Positions 15,034 through 22,577 of a DNA stretch of 35,619 nucleotides are shown piece by piece. Source of the DNA: a virus (lineage: Duplodnaviria > Caudoviricetes); the IMG/VR virus record IMGVR_UViG_3300004633_000020, positions 1 through 35,619 of that record; one strand, 5' to 3'. A program made the position numbers and the translations under genes. The number at the start of each line of letters is the position of its first letter. The stretch's first letter is position 1. The notes beneath the pieces are model-generated. The model worked only from the letters and a program-made list of their open reading frames with translations, searched no databases and had not been told where the DNA came from.

Positions 15034-18000
15034 ACATCCTCGGCTTTACCATCACGCGTACACGATCGACGACCGCGCTCGAGAAATCCATCCGCCCCAC
15101 GCTGACGCAGCCCTCTCGCAATTGGTGGTGGCCGATTGTGCGCGAGCCCTTCATCGGGGCGTGGCAAAGCAATCAGGAGCTGCGCGCGGAATCGATTCTC
15201 ATTTATGCGCCGGTCTTTGCCTGTGTCACGTTGATTGCGGCCGATATCGGAAAGCTGACGCTGCGGCTGGTCTACAAAGATCCGAACGGCATTTGGATTG
15301 AGACCGAGAACCCGGCGTACTCGCCGGTCCTGCGGAAGCCGAATCGCTATCAGACGATTACCAAATTCATCGAGCAGTGGATTACGTCGAAGTTGATCGC
15401 GGGCAATACCTATGTGCTCAAGCAGCGCGATCAGCGCGGCGTGGTTACGGCGCTCTATGTGCTCGATCCCTTGCGCGTGGTGCCGTTGGTGGCGACCGAT
15501 GGTTCGGTCTATTACGAGCTACAACGCGACGATCTCTCGGGGTTGCCCGAAGGGCGCATGGCGGTTCCGGCGAGCGAGATTATCCACGACACGATGGTGT
15601 GTCTCTACCATCCGCTCTGCGGCGTGTCGCCGATTTACGCGTGTGCGATTCCGGCGTTGCAAGGCCTTGCGATTCAGAACAACTCGCAGAAGTTTTTTGC
15701 CAATGGTTCGAGTCCCGGTGGTGTGCTCACTGCGCCGGGCGCGATTAGTCAAGAGACCGCCGATCGGCTCAAGGCGTACTGGGATGCGAACTATACCGGC
15801 GATAACGTCGGCAAAGTCGCGGTGCTCGGCGATGGGCTGAAGTACGAAGGCATGACGGTGAATGCGGTTGATGCGGATCTGATTAATCAGTTGAAGTGGA
15901 CCGGGGAAACCATTTGCACCGCGTTTCATGTGCCGTCCTACATGGTGGGGATTGGCCCGCCGCCGCCGTACGCGCATGTCGAGCCGTTGTTGCAGGTCTA
16001 TTACTCGCAGTGCATTCAAAGTCTGCTGAACAATCTCGAGCGTTCGCTCGATGAAGGGCTCGGCCTCGCCCCGGACCGTGTCAGCGGCGTGCAGTACGGG
16101 ACCGAATTCGACATCAACGACTTGATCTACATGGACACCGCCACGAAGACCAAGGCGGCGTCGGAAGCGATCAGCTCGGGTGGCATGGCGCCGAACGAGG
16201 CGCGCAAACGGTACTTCGCGCTGCCGCCGACGGCAGGTGGCGATACGCCGTACATGCAGCAGCAGTACTACTCGCTCAAGGCGCTCAACGAACGCGATCT
16301 ACAACAGCCCGCGCCGCCGACCAAGGCTCCCACGCTGAGCAACGACGGCAGTATGTCGCCGCCCCCACAAACTGGCTCGTCGAGCAGCGCGTCGAATGGC
16401 GCGCAGCGCACGCCGCCTGCGGAGACGGCGCCGAACCCCGCGAAGATTGCGCGGTTGGTGCGCATGAAAGCGCAGCGGGCCGGGTTCGTGCTGAAGGGGA
16501 GTGCGACGAGCGGCAACTACGGCCACACCAGCACGTCTCGTGAAGGACAAATTGGGGGCAGTGATCCGGGCAGTGGGTCCGGCACCCTCGAGCCGCAATC
16601 GACCGCACAATTGAAAACGGAGGCGGAGCAAGGGATTACCAAAGTGGCGGCGCTCGTCGATGACGCGGTCAAACAAACGCGGTATGTCCCATCACATGAT
16701 GACGAGGAGGACGGAGACTCGGGTTCGTGGGAGAACCTCAAAAGCAACGTCCAAGATCAGGTCTATGAGAGTTGGTCTCAGGGTGCCTACGAGGATGCGT
16801 TAAGCAACCTCGATACCAGCGATATCGATAAGACGTTCGAGGATGATCTCCGTCGCAACAATGACGAGATTATCACCGACACCGAGGCAGCGGTCCTCAC
16901 AGATGTCTCGAAAGAGTTTTCGTCGGTGGCGACGTTACCGCTCGATCCCGAAGGCGGGGAAGTGCGCTTGTATCCGCGTCTTGATCCGCAGTCGATCGAA
17001 GTGGGGACCGACGATGGCGAGGGCGCGATGATCAGCGATCTGGACGCGTTGCGCTGGGTCGATGGACGGGAGCTGACTGCCGATCAAAAGGCGTATGTGA
17101 ACAAGAGCTGGAACGAGCACTACGACGAGACGTTTCAGGAGGCGTTCGATAACCGCTATGAGGACAGCGGGTATCAGGAGATGGAGAGTGAGGCGGAAAG
17201 CGAATACGTCAGTGCACAGTGGAACAACATGTCTGATAGCGAGAAGTACTCCTATGGGGTCGACGAAAACATCATTGAGACCGGGAGTGGCAGCAAACAA
17301 TTCAAGAGTGAGCCGATTCAAACGCCGCCCGATCGCTGGGTGACCGGATTGGATGTGACCGATAGCGGCGGGACCGATTACGACAAGACCCGCGCCATGG
17401 CTCGCACGCTGGCCGACCTGCGGTTCAATCAGCTCGCGGAGGAACGGCATCTGGGGCAGGTGGATGGGAAGGCGCTTGCCGGTGAAGTGTGGGATGCATG
17501 GAAAGGTTCGTCGACGAGTGACGTTGGTCTTGCGTTGCAACTGGCGGCAGCGGAAGAACTCGACGGCAATCATCGGATGACGGCCGAGGAACATACGCGA
17601 GCGCTCGAGGGGGCGGATGCAGTCGGTGGGATGGCGCCGCTCCGTGCATATGTGCGGGCGCAGTGGGAGACGACGCAGTTTGTGCTGGACCGTGCGGGGC
17701 AAGACACCGTGAACGTCTATCGCGCCATTATGATTCCCACCGCGACCATCGAGGCCTCGAAGCAAGAGACGGTCGGGTCCTATGGCGAATATGTGCGGTT
17801 GCCAGAGGTCAAATTGCAACGCTCGGGGGCGCAATCCACGTCGGCAGATCGAGATATCCCGAACGCATGGCAAGGGGCAGGCAAGTACATTCCGGCGAAG
17901 TCGGAACGCGTGGTGCTGCGCTTCCATGTGCCGCGTACCTCGGTGATTTCCATTCCGGTGTTTGGGCAGAACTTGCACAACGAACACGAGGCGGTGTTGA

Positions 18001-18260
18001 CCGGATCGCGCGATCGCTGGGAGTGGGATTTGTGGCGGAACAAAGCGCCGGACTTTGATCAGGTGCCGATGGGCACGCCGGTCGCGGCGGCGAAGTGGCA
18101 TCGCGCGGCGGCGCCGAAGCCGGGCAAGACCACGCCGATTCTCATTGACCTACAAGCTGTCGATCGCGGGCAGCCGCATTGGTTGACGAATTATCCGGCC
18201 GATCACGTGTCGCGACGCAAACCGTCGTCGAGACCGAAACGTGCGCCGAAGAAACCATGA
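15030..18260 (+). CDS. HK97-family portal protein fused to an acidic region and an ADP-ribosyltransferase-like domain
   Basis: Portal motifs VFACV..IA.DI, KPN.YQT, GNTYVL, G.SP, FF.NG..P.GVL, NEARK. C-terminus has VYR / QSTS / EHE (R-S-E triad). Confidence 0.9.
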   Translation: MNILGFTITRTRSTTALEKSIRPTLTQPSRNWWWPIVREPFIGAWQSNQELRAESILIYAPVFACVTLIAADIGKLTLRLVYKDPNGIWIETENPAYSPVLRKPNRYQTITKFIEQWITSKLIAGNTYVLKQRDQRGVVTALYVLDPLRVVPLVATDGSVYYELQRDDLSGLPEGRMAVPASEIIHDTMVCLYHPLCGVSPIYACAIPALQGLAIQNNSQKFFANGSSPGGVLTAPGAISQETADRLKAYWDANYTGDNVGKVAVLGDGLKYEGMTVNAVDADLINQLKWTGETICTAFHVPSYMVGIGPPPPYAHVEPLLQVYYSQCIQSLLNNLERSLDEGLGLAPDRVSGVQYGTEFDINDLIYMDTATKTKAASEAISSGGMAPNEARKRYFALPPTAGGDTPYMQQQYYSLKALNERDLQQPAPPTKAPTLSNDGSMSPPPQTGSSSSASNGAQRTPPAETAPNPAKIARLVRMKAQRAGFVLKGSATSGNYGHTSTSREGQIGGSDPGSGSGTLEPQSTAQLKTEAEQGITKVAALVDDAVKQTRYVPSHDDEEDGDSGSWENLKSNVQDQVYESWSQGAYEDALSNLDTSDIDKTFEDDLRRNNDEIITDTEAAVLTDVSKEFSSVATLPLDPEGGEVRLYPRLDPQSIEVGTDDGEGAMISDLDALRWVDGRELTADQKAYVNKSWNEHYDETFQEAFDNRYEDSGYQEMESEAESEYVSAQWNNMSDSEKYSYGVDENIIETGSGSKQFKSEPIQTPPDRWVTGLDVTDSGGTDYDKTRAMARTLADLRFNQLAEERHLGQVDGKALAGEVWDAWKGSSTSDVGLALQLAAAEELDGNHRMTAEEHTRALEGADAVGGMAPLRAYVRAQWETTQFVLDRAGQDTVNVYRAIMIPTATIEASKQETVGSYGEYVRLPEVKLQRSGAQSTSADRDIPNAWQGAGKYIPAKSERVVLRFHVPRTSVISIPVFGQNLHNEHEAVLTGSRDRWEWDLWRNKAPDFDQVPMGTPVAAAKWHRAAAPKPGKTTPILIDLQAVDRGQPHWLTNYPADHVSRRKPSSRPKRAPKKP

Positions 18261-19858
18261 GGCCACGCATCTCGATGTATGGCCGTGAAGGGGTCGTTAA
18301 GTATCTCGACGACACGATGACGCCCGTCTCGCGGGCGCAGGCCTCGTTTGCCAAAGTGTTCTTTGATGACGGCGGGGTCGGCCTCTATCACGTCACGCCC
18401 CTCGAGAAAGGTGGACCGGGCTCAGGGTTCTATGGGCATGAAGGGCGGCCCGGCGAAGGGCGTGGGGGCAGCAAACCTCGGGAGGGCGGTGGGGGGACGG
18501 CCACGGCGGAACCGCCTGCCAGTGCGGCGCCGTCGGGCACGACGGCGACGGCGGAAGAGATTGCGCGCGATCAAGCGACGTACAAGGAGCTGCGGGCGCA
18601 GTGGGCGGTCCTCAACAATCAATTGCTCGATTACGTCGACAACGCCGATGCGCCGGAGGCCAAAGCCAAACTCGATCAGATGAAAGCCCTCGTGAAGCAG
18701 ATGTATCGCCTGAATGCGGACCCCGGTGGGATTGAGGGGATCGGGATGCCCGGTGGGCCACGTGATGTCGTGATCGTCGGGGCCGGGCCCGGCGGGTTGT
18801 CGGCGGCGATTAATGGTGGGGTCGAGGGGCTCGATACGTTGCTGATTGATGCGAATACGGAAGTCGGCGGACAAGCGAAATACTCGAGCCGTATCGAGAA
18901 CTTTGCGGGATTTCCGAATGGCGTGAGTGGCCCCAAGCTCGCCAACGATTTATTGGAGCAGGCGCAGCGTTGCGGCGCCGACACCAAGCTCGGTGTGCGG
19001 GTTACGGATATCACCCACGACCCAACCACCGATCTGAAAACGCTCACATTATCAAATGGCGAGACGATTCAGACGCGGGCGGTGGTGCTCGCGGGCGGGT
19101 TGGAAGCGCGGACGATCACGTTTCCCGGCAGTGACTCGCCCAGCGTGACCTACATGGACGGGCGTCAAGTGGCGGCACAAAGTGCGGGCGGATCGGCGGT
19201 CATCATCGGTGGATCGAATGGCGCGTCGCAGGCTGCGCTCGCGGCGGCGAAAACGGCGGACCGTGTCACGCTGGTCTCGCGCTCTCCGATCGAGAAAGGG
19301 ATGAGTGCGTATCAGGTGAATCAACTGCGCACGCATCCGAAGATCACCGTGGTCGAAGGCGACGAGATTGCGTCCCTCAATACCAACGCGACCGGGCACG
19401 CCGAATCCGTCACGCTGAAGAGCGGGCGCACGGTGTCTGCGAAGGCGCTCGGGATTTTTGTCGGCAGCTCTCCGGCGACTGACTGGTTGCCGTCGACGAT
19501 TGCGCGCGAGAACGGCCGCGTGAAGGTCGATACGGATCTCCATACCTCGATGCCGGGGGTCTATGCGGTCGGCGACATTCGCGCGGCGGGAACGCAGAAC
19601 GAGACACTCGGCCGCGTGGGCGCGGCGGTGGGCGAAGGCCAAGTGGCGATGCGCAATACCTTCGCGTACTTCAAGCGGCGGGGCAGCAAGAAATCGGTGC
19701 GGGTCGTGCACCTCAAAGAGACGCTCATCACGCACACCACGGTCAAGCGGCGTGAGATGGGTCGTGTCGATCGTCTGATGGATGCGACCTTTGCGCTCGA
19801 CAAAGCGATTCCGTTCTTTTCGCAGACCAAAGAACCTCCGGAGGGCGTGGCGTCGTGA
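18257..19858 (+). CDS. Tagged cargo protein: N-terminal small domain, GGPGSG motif, thioredoxin-reductase-like FAD oxidoreductase
   Basis: ATGA overlap; DVVIVGAGPGG, GGQA..SSRIENF.GFP.G.SG, TSMPGVYAVGD, AVGEG; no CxxC. Confidence 0.85.
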   Translation: MRPRISMYGREGVVKYLDDTMTPVSRAQASFAKVFFDDGGVGLYHVTPLEKGGPGSGFYGHEGRPGEGRGGSKPREGGGGTATAEPPASAAPSGTTATAEEIARDQATYKELRAQWAVLNNQLLDYVDNADAPEAKAKLDQMKALVKQMYRLNADPGGIEGIGMPGGPRDVVIVGAGPGGLSAAINGGVEGLDTLLIDANTEVGGQAKYSSRIENFAGFPNGVSGPKLANDLLEQAQRCGADTKLGVRVTDITHDPTTDLKTLTLSNGETIQTRAVVLAGGLEARTITFPGSDSPSVTYMDGRQVAAQSAGGSAVIIGGSNGASQAALAAAKTADRVTLVSRSPIEKGMSAYQVNQLRTHPKITVVEGDEIASLNTNATGHAESVTLKSGRTVSAKALGIFVGSSPATDWLPSTIARENGRVKVDTDLHTSMPGVYAVGDIRAAGTQNETLGRVGAAVGEGQVAMRNTFAYFKRRGSKKSVRVVHLKETLITHTTVKRREMGRVDRLMDATFALDKAIPFFSQTKEPPEGVAS

Positions 19859-22401
19859 CGTTGCGTCGCATCACCATCGACGGGCGTGATGGCGTCGTGA
19901 TGTTTCTCGACGGCGATCGGCATGTGTCGCTGGATCGCGCGACGCAGGCCAAAGTCTTTTTTCTGGACGGCGAGACCAAGTTCTATCCCGTGCACAAAGG
20001 GGGTGCGGGCTCTGGCAATTTTGGTCATGCGGGTCGGCCCGGACAGGTGGGCGGGAGCACTCCGGGGAGTGGGGCGGCGCCACCACCGCCACCGCCGGTT
20101 TCGACGAGCGGACCGCATCCCGCGATTCTCGAGGCGATTCGGCAGGCGGATGGCGGGTTCACCTACAACCCGATTACCAAGACGCTGCAACGGACCGGGT
20201 ATGCGCTGTCGATACACAAGGATCGCGAACGGGTGCTGCCGGTGCGCGACGTGACGGCGGTCACCATTGCGCAGTATGTCAAGGACAACGCGGATCTCTT
20301 GCGACAGCCGGGCAAGTATCTCGGGGGCTGGCACAATCCTGATGATGGTATGGCCTATCTCGACGTGTCGACAGTGGTCGACACGCCTGCGGAAGCGGAG
20401 CGGCTCGGGCGCGCGGCCAAGCAGCTCGCGTACTTCGATTTGGCGAAAGGCGAGTCTGTTGCTATAAAGGAGATGCCGGTCCATGGCGAAGGCGCAAAAA
20501 CCCATCCTGTATTTGGCAGGCCCCGACAAAGGGCTCATCTCATTCGAGGACCTACTCGAATTGGCCCGTCGTCTCACGGGTCGCGAGCCCACCGCCGACG
20601 AAGTCGCCGCCGCGCGCAAACTGTATCAATCCATCCAACCGTAAAAGGCGGACCCGGCTCCGGGAACTTCGGCCACGAAGGACGTCCGGGGCGAATCGGC
20701 GGTAGCGCCCCCAGTAGCGGCGGCTCGTCGACTGCGGTCGGGCTGATCGAACCTCCGACAAGCGGGGTCGGTGGCCCGATGGGTGTCACGCCACAGGTGC
20801 AACAGGACGCTGCCGCGTACGCGACGGCCAACGGTTTCCCTCCCATTACCCACGGTTACGTCGAGGTCGATCAACCCCGCGCGGGACGTATCGCGGATGC
20901 GTACGATGCGCTCCCGGTTGATGACCGTGCGAATCCCGATGTGCGACGTGCCTATGATGCGCTCGGTCGTGAGATTCAAGCGCAGTGGGATTTCGCGCGG
21001 GCGCGCGGGATGACGTTCGAGCCATGGACGCGTGAGGGGCAACCGTACGCGAACTCGAAAGAGATGGTCGCGGATGTGCGCACGAACCGGCATCTCTACT
21101 TTTATCAAGGGGGCGAACCGCATCCCTCACTGGCCGACCCGGATGCGTTTGGGTTGTCGCTGAACGACAAATTGCGCGCGGTGCACGACTACTTCGGGCA
21201 CGCCGCTGGCGGTTATGGGTTCGGGCCGCGCGGCGAAGAGAACGCGTGGCGCACGCACTCGCAGATGTTCTCCCCGTGGGCGCGCAAGGCGATGACCACC
21301 GAAACGCGCGGGCAGAATTCGTGGGTCAACTTTGGTCGGCAGAATTACGACGCGCAGGGCCACTACAAACACATTCCTCCGGCGCAGCGGCTGTACGCGG
21401 TGCAAAAAGTGGCGCTGCTCCCTGATGAATTTGTGCGACTGGATAAGGGCGAGCCGTTTGTCCGCAAGCCCACCACACTTAACGACGCCGAGGAACTCGC
21501 GTATCGACGGCCGCCGAAACCGGCCATGCCCAAGCAGCCCACAAAGGGCGGGCCGGGGTCGGGCAATTTCGGTCATGCGGGGCGGCCCGGTCAAGTGGGT
21601 GGGAGTGCGACGGGTGATGGGGGGCAGCCCACGGCGGATCCCGAGCAGGCGCGACGCCGATCGATTGTGGAGCGGCGGGCGCGAGATGTCGCGGAGGCGC
21701 TCAACGTGAATCCTGATCGCATCACGGTGGTTGATGAGGAGCCCCACGCGTTTCACGTCGGCAATCAACTCTTCAAAGAGGCGGCGCACTACGACCCGAA
21801 GACCGGTGAGATTCAGTTGAATGTGCAGCAAACGTATGACGACTCGATCGATGTGACAGCGGGCGTGGCCGCGCACGAAGTGTCCCATGCGATTTATGAC
21901 GCGGCATTGGGCGCGCAGCAGGCCGAACACGACGAGATCGCGAGTTTGCCGCCGGAGGAGTACAAGCGGCTCTTTACGGCGGGTGGCTTTGTGCGGCCTG
22001 AGACGCAAGCGGAAGTGCACCAACGCTATCCCGTGTCGGCAATGTTCTATCGCCATCTCGGGGATTCGCTGATGGAGACCGAGCAGGAAGCGGATCAGTC
22101 AGTGAACTACCAGCAGAGTCGCTACTGGCGCAATCGTGCCGCGCTGGAAAACAACGGACACCTGACCGCGTATTCGACCGCGTATTGGAATGCGGCGAAT
22201 CGGCCGAACGGATTTGAACGGGCGCTCGATGAAACCTTAGCGGAGTATGCGCATCGGCGTGTGGTGCCAGCCGACGCGTGGCACGGGCTGAATCCCCCGA
22301 ATGCACGCTGGGAGAAATTTAGCAATGACCTGTTGGCCATTGCGCGGAGTCCGCGTGTGCACGAACGCTTGCAGCGTCGGAGGAAGTCATGGCAGGTCTA
22401 A
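19855..22401 (+). CDS. Polyprotein with three GGxGSGNFGH-tagged domains (unknown; HDxxGH; HExxH metallopeptidase)
   Basis: Motifs at 19996, 20644 and 21544; RAVHDYFGH...GEENAW; AAHEVSH...YS..YW...ETLAE. Confidence 0.8.
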   Translation: MTLRRITIDGRDGVVMFLDGDRHVSLDRATQAKVFFLDGETKFYPVHKGGAGSGNFGHAGRPGQVGGSTPGSGAAPPPPPPVSTSGPHPAILEAIRQADGGFTYNPITKTLQRTGYALSIHKDRERVLPVRDVTAVTIAQYVKDNADLLRQPGKYLGGWHNPDDGMAYLDVSTVVDTPAEAERLGRAAKQLAYFDLAKGESVAIKEMPVHGEGAKTHPVFGRPRQRAHLIRGPTRIGPSSHGSRAHRRRSRRRAQTVSIHPTVKGGPGSGNFGHEGRPGRIGGSAPSSGGSSTAVGLIEPPTSGVGGPMGVTPQVQQDAAAYATANGFPPITHGYVEVDQPRAGRIADAYDALPVDDRANPDVRRAYDALGREIQAQWDFARARGMTFEPWTREGQPYANSKEMVADVRTNRHLYFYQGGEPHPSLADPDAFGLSLNDKLRAVHDYFGHAAGGYGFGPRGEENAWRTHSQMFSPWARKAMTTETRGQNSWVNFGRQNYDAQGHYKHIPPAQRLYAVQKVALLPDEFVRLDKGEPFVRKPTTLNDAEELAYRRPPKPAMPKQPTKGGPGSGNFGHAGRPGQVGGSATGDGGQPTADPEQARRRSIVERRARDVAEALNVNPDRITVVDEEPHAFHVGNQLFKEAAHYDPKTGEIQLNVQQTYDDSIDVTAGVAAHEVSHAIYDAALGAQQAEHDEIASLPPEEYKRLFTAGGFVRPETQAEVHQRYPVSAMFYRHLGDSLMETEQEADQSVNYQQSRYWRNRAALENNGHLTAYSTAYWNAANRPNGFERALDETLAEYAHRRVVPADAWHGLNPPNARWEKFSNDLLAIARSPRVHERLQRRRKSWQV
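20483..20644 (+). CDS. Nested +1-frame 53 aa protein (candidate immunity or partner protein)
   Basis: AAGGAG upstream; MAKAQKPILYLAGPDKGLISFEDLLELARRLTGREPTADEVAAARKLYQSIQP; the host frame reads as Arg-rich filler over the same span. Confidence 0.65.
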   Translation: MAKAQKPILYLAGPDKGLISFEDLLELARRLTGREPTADEVAAARKLYQSIQP

Positions 22402-22577
22402 CGCCCCAACCGATCACGATCGGCGGCAAAGATGGCGTCGTGCTCTATCTCGATGAGCGGTTCATGCCTGTGCCACCTGACAAGGCCACGCTCGCGCAGG
22501 TGCGATTTGCTGATGGCCGTGTGAGTTTCTATCGGGTCAGTCCACGCGAGTCCGCGCCACCTCGGAGGACATCATGA
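22389..22577 (+). CDS. Stand-alone copy of the repeated ~45 aa beta-rich domain
   Basis: GGAGGA RBS; ITIGGKDGVVLYLD...V....AT.A.V.F.DG matches the N-termini of the 18257, 19855 and 22574 proteins. Confidence 0.8.
   Translation: MAGLTPQPITIGGKDGVVLYLDERFMPVPPDKATLAQVRFADGRVSFYRVSPRESAPPRRTS

Noticed and set aside
21332-21709. Second nested ORF in the next polyprotein linker
   Set aside because: Arg/Pro-rich off-frame composition and no clear RBS, unlike 20483..20644.
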